A stretch of DNA of 33,848 bases from Vicinamibacterales bacterium (GTDB taxonomy: Bacteria > Acidobacteriota > Vicinamibacteria > Vicinamibacterales > UBA8438), in contig JASLOY010000001.1 in assembly GCA_030745255.1 (NCBI GenBank), positions 1-33,848 on the forward strand, given 5' to 3'. How positions within the stretch are numbered: the stretch's first letter is position 1; each line of letters begins with the position of its first letter. The notes beneath the pieces are model-generated. The model did no database searches, had not been told where the DNA came from, and saw nothing but the letters and a program-made list of their open reading frames with translations. The translations under genes and the position numbers were made by a program. Shown here in pieces: positions 1 through 8,732 of the stretch.

Positions 1-1
1 G

Positions 2-604
2 GCCAACCGGTTGGCGCGCTACAACACCCTGACCGCCGAGCCCCTGTACCATCCGCCGCGGCTGGCCGACAGACTCCAGGGGGGGCCGCACGGCGACTAT
101 GTCCTGTCGGTCGGCCGCCTGGAGTCGGTCAAGCGGATCGATCTCGCGGTCGAGGCGATGGCTAAGACCGATTCCTCGGTGCGGCTCGTCATCGTCGGCG
201 ACGGGACGGATCGTCCGCGGATCGAGCAGCGCGTGGAAGCCCTCGGCATCGGCGATCGTGTCGAATTCGCCGGCTGGGTCGAAGACGAGGCGTTGATCGA
301 ACTCTATGCCGGCGCGCTCGGGGTCATCTACGCACCGTACGACGAGGACTACGGCTACGTGACGCTGGAGAGCTTCCTGGCGCGGCGGCCGGTGGTGACG
401 ACCACGGACGCCGGCGGCCCGCTCGAATTCGTCGAGGACGACGTCAACGGAGCGATCTGCCCGCCGGAGGCCGAGGCGATCGCCGGTGCCATCAGTCGCC
501 TGGCCGCCGACCGGAGCCTGGCGGCGCGCTACGGCGAGGCGGGCTACGAGCGGGCGAAGCAGATCTCGTGGAACGGCGTCGTCGAGAGACTAGTGGGAGA
601 CTAG
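2..604 (+). CDS. Glycosyltransferase family 4 (GT-B fold), C-terminal part; 5' end lies outside the window
   Basis: The frame is open from nt 2 to TAG 602-604 (ORF track 11..604). The translation shows a GT4 C-terminal domain: VLSVGRLESVKRIDLAVEAM, VIVGDG, and the E-x7-E region PYDEDYGYVTLESFLARRPVVTTTDAGGPLEFVEDDVNG. Confidence 0.88.
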   Translation, partial: ANRLARYNTLTAEPLYHPPRLADRLQGGPHGDYVLSVGRLESVKRIDLAVEAMAKTDSSVRLVIVGDGTDRPRIEQRVEALGIGDRVEFAGWVEDEALIELYAGALGVIYAPYDEDYGYVTLESFLARRPVVTTTDAGGPLEFVEDDVNGAICPPEAEAIAGAISRLAADRSLAARYGEAGYERAKQISWNGVVERLVGD

Positions 605-612
605 GCCCTAGG

Positions 613-1605
613 ATGAAGCTGATCGTACAAATCCCGTGTCTCAACGAGGCCGAGACACTTCCCGAGACGCTTCGCGATCTGCCGCGCCAGATTCCCGGCA
701 TCGACGTGATCGAGACGCTCGTCGTCGATGACGGCTCGACCGACGACACCGCGCGCGTGGCCCGGGAAGCCGGCGTCGACCACGTCGTCAGCTTTCCCCG
801 TAACCGGGGGCTGGCCGCGGCCTTCACGGCGGGCATCGATGCCTGCCTGAAGCGCGGCGCGGACTACATCGTCAACACCGACGCCGACAACCAGTACGCC
901 GGCGCCGACGTTGCAAAGCTGGTCGCGCCGCTGCTGTCGGGCGAGGCCGAGATCACCATCGGGGATCGCAACATCAGCTCGCTCCAGCACCTGCCTGCCG
1001 CCCGACGCGCGCTCCAGCACCTTGGCAGCTGGGTGGTCCGCCAGGTCTCGAACACGACCGTCCCGGACACCACGAGTGGATTTCGCGCCTACACGCGCGA
1101 GGCCGCGCTCCGGATGACGATCGTGTCGGAGTTCTCCTACACGCTCGAGTCGATCATCCAGTCGGGCAAGCGTCGAATGGCGATCGCGCACGTACCGATC
1201 GGCACTAACCCCAAGACCCGCGAGTCGCGGCTGTTCGGCAGCGTGGCGTCGTACATCAAGAAATCGGGCGCCACGATCATCCGCGTCTACGCGATGTACG
1301 AACCGCTGAAGGTCTTCACCTATATCGGCGGCGCGGTGTTCGGCGTGGGGCTGCTGATTTCGCTGCGCTTCGTCTACCTCTATCTCGGCGGCCTCGGCCA
1401 GGGAAACATCCAGTCGTTGATCCTGTCGGCCGTCCTGATGATCGTCGGCTTCCAGGTCATCTTGATCGGCCTCGTCGCTGACGTGATTTCCGGCAACCGG
1501 AAACTGATCGAGGACCTGCTGTACCGGATCCGGGTGATGGAGCTCGACTCGCGCCGCGCGCCGTCGGCCGAATCGCACCGCGGCGGGAATGGAAGTAGGG
1601 ACTAG
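613..1605 (+). CDS. GT2 glycosyltransferase, polyprenyl-phosphate sugar synthase-like (GtrB/ArnC/DPM1 architecture)
   Basis: ATG 613 (MKLIVQIPCLNEAETL) lies 8 nt after the upstream stop; the ORF-track start 568 would overlap the previous gene. GT-A motifs are VVDDGSTDDT and NTDADNQY. There are two C-terminal TM helices (VFTYIGGAVFGVGLLISLRFVYL; LILSAVLMIVGFQVILIGLVADVI). Confidence 0.88.
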   Translation: MKLIVQIPCLNEAETLPETLRDLPRQIPGIDVIETLVVDDGSTDDTARVAREAGVDHVVSFPRNRGLAAAFTAGIDACLKRGADYIVNTDADNQYAGADVAKLVAPLLSGEAEITIGDRNISSLQHLPAARRALQHLGSWVVRQVSNTTVPDTTSGFRAYTREAALRMTIVSEFSYTLESIIQSGKRRMAIAHVPIGTNPKTRESRLFGSVASYIKKSGATIIRVYAMYEPLKVFTYIGGAVFGVGLLISLRFVYLYLGGLGQGNIQSLILSAVLMIVGFQVILIGLVADVISGNRKLIEDLLYRIRVMELDSRRAPSAESHRGGNGSRD

Positions 1606-2466
1606 ATGGCCGAAACGACTTCCACGTCGGTCGTCATCCCGGCCTTCAACGAGGCCGCGGTGATCGGCCAAGTCGTCACGGCACTGAAGACCGCCGCGTC
1701 CTGGCACGAGGTCATCGTGGTCGACGACGGCTCGAACGACGACACCAGCGCGCGCGCGCGCGAGGCCGGCGCGACGGTCATCACGCATCCCTACAACAAG
1801 GGCAACGGCGCCGCCGTCAAGACCGGGCTCCGGCACGCATCGGGCGACTTCATCCTGATTAGCGACGGCGACGGCCAGCACGCGGCCCTCAATGGCGTCC
1901 GTCTCGTGGAGATGCTCGGCGACTACGATCTGGTGGTTGGGGCCCGATCGGGCGCCAGCCAGGCGACGACGGGCCGGCGGATCGGCAACCGGATCCTGAA
2001 CGGGCTGGCCACGTATCTCTCGGGCCGGCCGATTCCCGATCTGACATCAGGCCTGCGCGCGGCGCGACGGGAGCATCTGCTCGAGTTCATTCACCTGCTG
2101 CCGAACGGATTCTCCACGCCCACGACGACGACGCTGTCGTTCATCAAGGCCGGCTACAACGTCGCGTTCGAGCCGGCGGAGGCCACGCCGCGGGAAGGCC
2201 AATCGAAGATCCGGCTGGCGCCGGACGGCGTGAAGTTCTTCCTGATCCTCCTGCGTGTAGTCACGCTGTTCAGCCCGCTACGGATCTTCGTGCCGGTGAG
2301 TCTGGTCGCGCTCGCACTCGGCGTCGGCTACGCCGCCTGGACGATCGCGACGCAGATGCACGTCACCAACTCGTCGGTCATGCTGGTCGTGCTGGGCGTC
2401 ATCATCTTCTTGATCGGCCTCGTCTCGGATCAGATCGCCGCGCTCCGATTCGAACGGAGACGGTAG
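1606..2466 (+). CDS. GT2 glycosyltransferase, polyprenyl-phosphate sugar synthase-like (GtrB/DPM1-like)
   Basis: ATG 1606 abuts the upstream stop (TAGATG). Motifs are VVIPAFNEAAVI, VVDDGSNDDT and SDGDGQH. There are two C-terminal TM helices (IFVPVSLVALALGVGYAAW; VMLVVLGVIIFLIGLVSDQIA). Confidence 0.9.
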   Translation: MAETTSTSVVIPAFNEAAVIGQVVTALKTAASWHEVIVVDDGSNDDTSARAREAGATVITHPYNKGNGAAVKTGLRHASGDFILISDGDGQHAALNGVRLVEMLGDYDLVVGARSGASQATTGRRIGNRILNGLATYLSGRPIPDLTSGLRAARREHLLEFIHLLPNGFSTPTTTTLSFIKAGYNVAFEPAEATPREGQSKIRLAPDGVKFFLILLRVVTLFSPLRIFVPVSLVALALGVGYAAWTIATQMHVTNSSVMLVVLGVIIFLIGLVSDQIAALRFERRR

Positions 2467-2513
2467 CTGCAACACGCCGGCCGGCCCGGCGGATGCGGAG
2501 CAGAGACTTCCAG

Positions 2514-3746
2514 ATGCCCCACACCGTCGTGATGGTCACGACGTCCTATCCCCGGTTCGCCGGCGACACCGTAGGCACGTTTCTCGAGCCGATCGCCCAG
2601 GGCGTCGCGGCGCGCGGGCACGCAGTCCATGTCGTCGCGCCGTGGCATCCACGGATCGATCGCCCGGCCGTCGAAGGCCGCGTCCAGTTCCACTACTTCC
2701 GGTACGCGCCGGCGCGTTTCTCCGTCTTCGGCTACGCCGAAGGGCTGCGTGCCGACGTCGACCTGAAGGCCGCGGCCTACCTCACCGCCCCGTTCGCCGC
2801 GGCCGCCGGCACCGTGCTGGCGCGCCGTGTCGCGCGCCGTCATGGCGCCACGATCATGCACGGTCACTGGGTGATCGCCGGCGGCCTGATCGCGGCAGCC
2901 GCCACTACTGGACTCCCGCTCGCGATCAGCCTGCACGGCTCCGACGTCTACGTCGCCGAGCGGCATCGCCTCATCGGCCGCGCCGCTCGATGGGCGTTCG
3001 GCCGGACGGGTTGGGTTACGGCGTGCAGCGAGGACCTCCGCCAGCGGGCGATCGGCCTCGGCGCGGCGGCGGATCGCAGCGAGGTCCTCCCCTACGGCGT
3101 GGATGCCGCACGGTTCAGCCCCGATCCCGAAGCGGGTGGCCGGCTGCGCGCCCAGCTCGGGATCGCCGTGGATGCGCCGCTCGTCTTCACCGCCGGGCGG
3201 CTCGTTCGGAAGAAAGGCTTCGAGTTCCTCGTCGACACCGCCGCCCGGCTGGCGCCGGACTGGCCAGCGTTGCATCTCGTCATCGCGGGCGCCGGAGATC
3301 TGGACGCCGAACTGCGCCAGCAAGCCGACACGCTGGGCGTGAGCGAACGGGTGACGTTCGCGGGTAACGTCGCGCAGGACGCGATTCCCGACTATCTCCG
3401 CGCGGCCGACATCGTCGTCGTGCCGTCGGTGAAGGACGCCGCGGGCAACGTCGACGGGCTCCCGAACTTCCTCCTCGAGGCCCTGGTCTCAGGCACGCCA
3501 GTCGTGACAACGAACGTCGGGGGCATCGGCGCTGTTGTGAACGACGGTCAGACTGCGGCAGTCGTACCCCCTGCCGACCCCGTCGCACTAGCCGCTACAA
3601 TTGATCGCCTGCTGCGGCAACCCGGGCATGGACGACCAATGGGCGCGGCGGCGCGCGCCGACCGCTCGCGACAGGGTAGCTGGGAGAAAGTGGCCGAGCG
3701 GCTCGAGGCGATCTACGATCGGCTGGCCGGTACCGGAAGCCCCTAG
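2514..3746 (+). CDS. Glycosyltransferase family 4
   Basis: ORF 2493..3746. I prefer ATG 2514 (MPHTVVMVTTSYPRFAGD, a typical GT4 N-terminus), but ATG 2493 is possible. C-terminal E-x7-E region: PSVKDAAGNVDGLPNFLLEALVSGTPVVTTNVGGIGAVVNDGQTA. Confidence 0.88.
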   Translation: MPHTVVMVTTSYPRFAGDTVGTFLEPIAQGVAARGHAVHVVAPWHPRIDRPAVEGRVQFHYFRYAPARFSVFGYAEGLRADVDLKAAAYLTAPFAAAAGTVLARRVARRHGATIMHGHWVIAGGLIAAAATTGLPLAISLHGSDVYVAERHRLIGRAARWAFGRTGWVTACSEDLRQRAIGLGAAADRSEVLPYGVDAARFSPDPEAGGRLRAQLGIAVDAPLVFTAGRLVRKKGFEFLVDTAARLAPDWPALHLVIAGAGDLDAELRQQADTLGVSERVTFAGNVAQDAIPDYLRAADIVVVPSVKDAAGNVDGLPNFLLEALVSGTPVVTTNVGGIGAVVNDGQTAAVVPPADPVALAATIDRLLRQPGHGRPMGAAARADRSRQGSWEKVAERLEAIYDRLAGTGSP

Positions 3747-3761
3747 CCCGCTACCCTGCCC

Positions 3762-6263
3762 ATGCTCTATCAACTCGTCGCGCTCGGAGTCATCGCCTAC
3801 CTGCCTGGCGCCGTCATCTTCCGCGCGCCGTTCGCCGATCGCGCCCGTCGCGCCGCGCTGAGCGCCGAGGAGCGGGGGTTCTGGGGCGTCTTCATCAGTC
3901 TCGCCCTGTCCTCGACGATCGCGCTCGGCCTCGCCGCGGCCGAACAGTACAGCTTCGAACGACTCCTCGCGGCGAACCTCGCCGTGACCCTTGTGGTCGC
4001 GCTCCTGGCACATGGAAGGCTCCGCCTCGGCGCCGGCACGCCTGGACCGACGATCGGGGTCCTGGCCCCGATCGCGCTCGTCGTCCTCGGCTGGTGGCTG
4101 TACTTCCCGCCCGCCGAGTACATCATCGGCGGCAAGGACCCCGGCGTGTACATGAACGAGGGGATCCAGATCGCCCAGCGCGGGACACTGGTGACGCATG
4201 ACCCGCAGGTCGAGTCACTCCCTCCGAACTCGAGAGATCTCTTCATCCCACGTCGCGACAATGAAGCCTATTACGGGCTGAGGTTCATGGGGTATTTCGT
4301 CACCGACCCGTCGGCGGGCACGGTCGTGGCGCAGTTTCCCCATCTGTATCCGGTCTGGATCGCCATCGGCTACGGCGTCGACGGACTGACCGGCGCCCGG
4401 CGCGCGGTCGGTGTCTGGAGTCTTCTCGGCGTCCTGGCACTCTACTTTCTCGGACGGCGCGCGGTCGGCGCGCTGCCGGCCTTCGCCGGATCGCTGCTGC
4501 TCGCAGTGAACGTTGCACAGGTCTGGTTCAGCCGCTACCCGAACTCCGAACTGGTCCTGCAGGCGATGTTGCTCGCCGCCCTCCTGGCGTTCGCCCGATC
4601 GCATGTCGACGAAGACCGATTCTTTGGCCCACTCGCGGCCACACTGCTCGGCCTTTCGCTCTTCGTCCGGTTTCCCGCAGTACTCGCCTGGGCGGCCATC
4701 GGAGGCGCCTACCTCGCGGGTGTCTACGTCGGACGCAGACCTCGGATCGGCTTCGTCGCTCCTGCCGTGATCTGGATCGGCCTCGCCACCTGGTACTTCG
4801 TCTCGATTCTCTCGCCTTACACCGAACAGCCGATCGGCTTCGTCCTCAATCTTCGGACAGAACACCTCGTCCTGCTTGGAGCCGGCGGCGCAGGCGTCGT
4901 TTCGCTGCTGGCGGCGGCGCGATCGGAAGCGCTGCGGATTCAGATCAGACGTTGGCTGCCCGTGGCGGTCGGCGCTGTGGTCGTCCTGGCCGCCGCCTAC
5001 GCGTATTTCCTGCGCGCGCCAGGCGGCCGACTCGCCGCCCACGACGCGTTCGCGCTTCGCACCTACGCCGCGTACTATCTCTCACCCTACGGCCTCGTCG
5101 CGGCGCTGCTCGGGTTCGTCCTGCTGGTCCGTCGCTCGTTCTGGCAGAACCCGGCGTTCATTCTGACGATTTCGGCGTTCTCGCTGTTCTTCTTCTACAA
5201 GATCCGGGTGGTGCCGGAACACTTCTGGATGGCGAGGCGCTTCCTTCCCATCATCCTGCCGGCGTCGACACTGCTCATCGCGACCGCCGCGTTCTGGAGG
5301 ATCGAGACGCCATGGCCGAGCGCGCCGCGAGCCCGGCTGCGGCTCGCGGGGCGCGCGCTCATCGGCGTGGTGTTCGTGGGGTTGCTCGGTCAGCAGTACT
5401 TGACCGCGTCTCGCGCCGTGATGAGCCACATCGAGTACGCGGGCGTCATTCCGAAGCTCGAGGAACTCGCGGCACGATTCGACGATGAGGACCTCCTCAT
5501 CGTGGAGTCGCGGGCCGCGTCGGATCTCCACGTCCTGGCTCTTCCCCTGGCCTACACCTACGCGCGCAACGTCCTCGTCCTCAGCGAGTCACGCCCCGAC
5601 AGGGTCGCCTTCGGTGAATACCTGACGTGGGCGCGCACCCAGTACCGAGAGATCTACTTCATGGGCGGCGGCGGCACCGATCTCCTGTCGCCCTCGATGA
5701 CGATCGAACCGATCGGATCCGATCGATTCCAGGTTCCAGAATACGAATCGCTCTGGAACACCTATCCGGGTGCCGTGAGCCGAAAAGAGTTCGACTACGG
5801 CATCTATCGATTCGGGGGAAGTCTCGGCGCGGATGGTACGTTCGCGCTCGACCTCGGCACGATGGATGACCTCCACGTCGTCGATTTCCATGCCAAGGAA
5901 CGGTCAGCATCCGACGTCACGTTCCGCTGGTCGCGGGACGAATCGCACGTCGTCATTCTGAATACGTCCGCCGACGCCCAAACGCTGACAATCTGGATGG
6001 ACGACGCCGGCCGGCCGGACAACGTCATCCCGGCGCGCGTGGCGGTGTACGTCGACGAGATCCTCCTTGGGGACGTAAGGGTGACGACCGGCTTCCAGCC
6101 GTACGCCTTCACGATTCCGCCCGACCTCGCCGCCTCCCTGGCGGAGCGGCAAGACACCACGGAACTCACGCTGCTGAGCACGACCTGGAATCCGGGTGAG
6201 ATCCTCGGGGGAGACGACGACCGCGACCTCGGCGTGCGGGTCGATCGCGTAGAGATACAATAG
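3762..6263 (+). CDS. Large polytopic membrane protein, GT-C-like glycosyltransferase candidate with C-terminal soluble domain
   Basis: 833-aa ORF with ATG 3762, 15 nt after the upstream stop. About 550 aa of successive hydrophobic helices. First-loop acidic motif GGKDPGVYMNEGIQIAQRG and late motif HFWMARRFLPIILP. The last ~270 aa are hydrophilic (VTFRWSRDESHVVIL ... DDRDLGVRVDRVEIQ). Family assignment is by eye only. Confidence 0.8.
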   Translation: MLYQLVALGVIAYLPGAVIFRAPFADRARRAALSAEERGFWGVFISLALSSTIALGLAAAEQYSFERLLAANLAVTLVVALLAHGRLRLGAGTPGPTIGVLAPIALVVLGWWLYFPPAEYIIGGKDPGVYMNEGIQIAQRGTLVTHDPQVESLPPNSRDLFIPRRDNEAYYGLRFMGYFVTDPSAGTVVAQFPHLYPVWIAIGYGVDGLTGARRAVGVWSLLGVLALYFLGRRAVGALPAFAGSLLLAVNVAQVWFSRYPNSELVLQAMLLAALLAFARSHVDEDRFFGPLAATLLGLSLFVRFPAVLAWAAIGGAYLAGVYVGRRPRIGFVAPAVIWIGLATWYFVSILSPYTEQPIGFVLNLRTEHLVLLGAGGAGVVSLLAAARSEALRIQIRRWLPVAVGAVVVLAAAYAYFLRAPGGRLAAHDAFALRTYAAYYLSPYGLVAALLGFVLLVRRSFWQNPAFILTISAFSLFFFYKIRVVPEHFWMARRFLPIILPASTLLIATAAFWRIETPWPSAPRARLRLAGRALIGVVFVGLLGQQYLTASRAVMSHIEYAGVIPKLEELAARFDDEDLLIVESRAASDLHVLALPLAYTYARNVLVLSESRPDRVAFGEYLTWARTQYREIYFMGGGGTDLLSPSMTIEPIGSDRFQVPEYESLWNTYPGAVSRKEFDYGIYRFGGSLGADGTFALDLGTMDDLHVVDFHAKERSASDVTFRWSRDESHVVILNTSADAQTLTIWMDDAGRPDNVIPARVAVYVDEILLGDVRVTTGFQPYAFTIPPDLAASLAERQDTTELTLLSTTWNPGEILGGDDDRDLGVRVDRVEIQ

Positions 6264-6269
6264 CGCGCG

Positions 6270-7484
6270 GTGTTCGATCATCTCTTGATCTACGACCGCG
6301 GCGAACGAACACTCGTCGGCCTCGCCGATCTGTTGTTGTCCGCTGGGCGTTCGATTGTTCCGCGCCGATCGACGGGCGACCCACCTGTCACGCGCATCCT
6401 CGTCCTTCGTCTGGAACGCATCGGCGATCTTCTGATGACGCTGCCGGCGCTTGCCGAGTTGCGCGCGGCGCTGCCCGAAGCCACCATCGACCTCGTCGTC
6501 GGCAGCTGGAACGAATCGCTCGCGCGCCTCGTGCGCGTCGTCGACGAGGTGCACACCCTCGACGCGCCGTGGCTCGCTCGGGATCGTGCGGATGTCGGCT
6601 ATGGAGACTTGATCCGGCGAGCCAGATCGTGGCGCACGGGTGGCTACGACCTGGCATTGAACTTCGAAGGCGACATCCGCTCCAACGCGCTCATGGCGCT
6701 CTCCGGAGCACCGCGCCGGGCCGGCTTCGGCATCAAGGGCGGCGCTGCGCTGCTGACCGAGCATGGTCAGCACGAGCGTGGCGCGCACGTGGCCGTGAAC
6801 GCGGGGCGGCTGGTCGATACGATCCTCACTCGCCCTTCGACGCCGCTCGCGCCGAGCGACCAGCCCATGCTCGACCTTCCCGAGTCTGCCAGGTTCGGCG
6901 CCGGCGCACTGCTCGAGCACGCACGCGAACCCCTCATCGGACTCCACGCCAGCGGCGGCCGGGCGATCAAGCAATGGGATCCGGCGCGATTCGCAGAGAC
7001 CGCGAACCGGATCGTGGCGGTGCACGGGGGGACGGTCGTGCTCACCGGCAGTTCGGAAGATCGGGCGATCGTGGAACAGGTCAAAGGCCAGCTCACCAGC
7101 GACACGCCGGTCGTCGATCTGACCGGCCGCGCGGATCTACCCACGCTCGCTGCGGTACTCGAGCGGCTGACCCTGTACATCACGGGCGACACCGGCCCGA
7201 TGCATCTGGCTGCGGCCGTTGGCACGCCGATCGTGGGGGTCTTCGGCCCGTCCGATCCCGCCAACTACCGCCCATGGGTGGCACCCACTCGCGCGACGAT
7301 CGTCCGCGTCGACATCTGGTGCAGCCCGTGCAATCAGATCCGGAGACCGCCGTCCCGGTGCGTCGGACATGGTCCCGACTGCCTGGTGGGAGTCGAGGTC
7401 GACGCCGTGGTGGATGCGGCGACTGCGTTGCTCGACCGTAGGACACGTATGAGGTCAGCCGACGCCGACCTGTCCGCGCTCTGA
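6270..7484 (+). CDS. Glycosyltransferase family 9 (ADP-heptose:LPS heptosyltransferase-like)
   Basis: GTG 6270 lies 6 nt after the upstream stop. GT9 signatures are RILVLRLERIGDLLMTLPALAELR and ITGDTGPMHLAAAVGTPIVGVFGPSDP. Cys-rich C-terminal segment: CSPCNQIRRPPSRCVGHGPDC. Confidence 0.88.
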   Translation: MFDHLLIYDRGERTLVGLADLLLSAGRSIVPRRSTGDPPVTRILVLRLERIGDLLMTLPALAELRAALPEATIDLVVGSWNESLARLVRVVDEVHTLDAPWLARDRADVGYGDLIRRARSWRTGGYDLALNFEGDIRSNALMALSGAPRRAGFGIKGGAALLTEHGQHERGAHVAVNAGRLVDTILTRPSTPLAPSDQPMLDLPESARFGAGALLEHAREPLIGLHASGGRAIKQWDPARFAETANRIVAVHGGTVVLTGSSEDRAIVEQVKGQLTSDTPVVDLTGRADLPTLAAVLERLTLYITGDTGPMHLAAAVGTPIVGVFGPSDPANYRPWVAPTRATIVRVDIWCSPCNQIRRPPSRCVGHGPDCLVGVEVDAVVDAATALLDRRTRMRSADADLSAL

Positions 7485-8732
7485 GCGAACTTCCTCGTAA
7501 AGCCCGATCAATCGGTCGACGACCGACGGCAGCGAGAACTCCTGCTCGACGATCTCGCGCCCTTCGAGGCCGAGGGTCGCCAACCGCTCCGACCCGGACG
7601 TCAGGGCGGACTCCACGGCACCGGCCAGCTCGGCAACATTCCCGGGGGGCACCAGCCAGCCGTTCCGGCCCGGCCGGACCTTGTCGGGCAGTCCGCCCGC
7701 CGTGGTCGCCACCACGGCGCGGCGATGCGCCATCGCCTCGAGCGTGACGAGCGAACTACCCTCGTAGAGCGTCGGGTGCACGAAGATCGTGGCGGCTTCG
7801 TACCAGGCATGCAGCTCCGCCTCGGTCGCAGCAGCAACGATCACGGTCCGCTCCCGCAGCCCGCCCCGAGCGATCGAGCGTTCCAGCGTCGGACGGTCGG
7901 AACCGTCGCCGACCACCACCCAGCGCCACCGACGCCGCCGGTCCCTCGCCTGCAGCTGAGCCAGCGCGTCTGCCAGCAGATCGAAGCCTTTGTTCGGCTC
8001 GATCCGTCCGACGCTCAAGAGCACCGGCTCGTCTTCGGGAACGTCGTGGCGCATCCGGCTTGCCTGTCCGTCCCTCGGTCCGGCCAATGCGTCGGTTCGA
8101 TCGAGGTCGACCGCATTCGGCACCACGACGACGGACGACTCGGCCACGCGGAGGTTCGTCACGGTGGCCGGCACCAGCGACTGGTCGGTGGCGAGAGTTC
8201 GCGCGGCGTGCCGCGCACAACACCGAACGGCACCTTGCAGCGGTCGGTACGCCACACGCTTGAGCCGGGCCCGGCTCGAATCGGTACCGCCGAACTCCTC
8301 CATGCCGTGCGGCGTGACGACCAGCGGCAGCGGCGACGAGGGCGCAGGCCAGACCGCGCCCAGGGTGCTCGCACCGTGACCGTGAATCAGGTCGACCCGG
8401 CCGTCGGCCAGCAGCCGCGCGGCCCGCCGACCCGCGCGGAGGGCGAACCAGAGATAGGCGGTGTTCCGATCGAGCACTGTCGTGCCGCGGCGGCCCGCGA
8501 ACGGAAAGGTCCAGTAAGGAACGGCTTGGATCGCGAGCCGCGGATCACGCAGCCAGTCCGTTGCGGCTTCTTCATCCGGCCGAACGGCCGGACGCGTGAC
8601 GAGTGTCACCGCAACCTCACGCTCGAGCAACTGACGTACAAGATCGTCGACATGCCGCTCGAGCCCGCCCACGCCGTGCAGCGCGGCGCTCGCACGCGAG
8701 ACCATGGCCACGCGGAGCCGATCGCCGATCAT
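7455..8732 (-). CDS. Glycosyltransferase family 4
   Basis: ATG 8732-8730 overlaps the upstream TGA (ATGA). N-terminus VAMVSRASAALHGVGGLERHV. E-x7-E region: HPTLYEGSSLVTLEAMAHRRAVVATTAGGLPDKVRPGRNGWLV. The 3' end overlaps the convergent GT9 gene by 30 nt. Confidence 0.9.
   Translation of the reverse strand: MIGDRLRVAMVSRASAALHGVGGLERHVDDLVRQLLEREVAVTLVTRPAVRPDEEAATDWLRDPRLAIQAVPYWTFPFAGRRGTTVLDRNTAYLWFALRAGRRAARLLADGRVDLIHGHGASTLGAVWPAPSSPLPLVVTPHGMEEFGGTDSSRARLKRVAYRPLQGAVRCCARHAARTLATDQSLVPATVTNLRVAESSVVVVPNAVDLDRTDALAGPRDGQASRMRHDVPEDEPVLLSVGRIEPNKGFDLLADALAQLQARDRRRRWRWVVVGDGSDRPTLERSIARGGLRERTVIVAAATEAELHAWYEAATIFVHPTLYEGSSLVTLEAMAHRRAVVATTAGGLPDKVRPGRNGWLVPPGNVAELAGAVESALTSGSERLATLGLEGREIVEQEFSLPSVVDRLIGLYEEVRSERGQVGVG

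Noticed and set aside
568-612. ORF-track start at 568 for the first GT2 gene, and GTG 27150 for the flippase.
   Set aside because: Both would overlap the preceding gene and add Arg-rich, non-homologous residues. In-frame ATGs just after the upstream stops (613 and 27168) give typical N-termini.
601-1881. Very long ORFs antisense to the annotated genes: 601-1881 (-) 426 aa, 2430-3323 (-), 5904-7025 (-), 7725-9248 (+) 507 aa, 10222-11739 (+) 505 aa, 15645-16994 (-) 449 aa and 29296-30465 (-).
   Set aside because: These are typical shadow ORFs of a high-GC genome. Their translations are Arg/Gly/Asp/Pro/Ala-rich and low in complexity, with no family motifs. Each is completely covered by an opposite-strand gene with strong, specific GT/MT/aminotransferase motifs.
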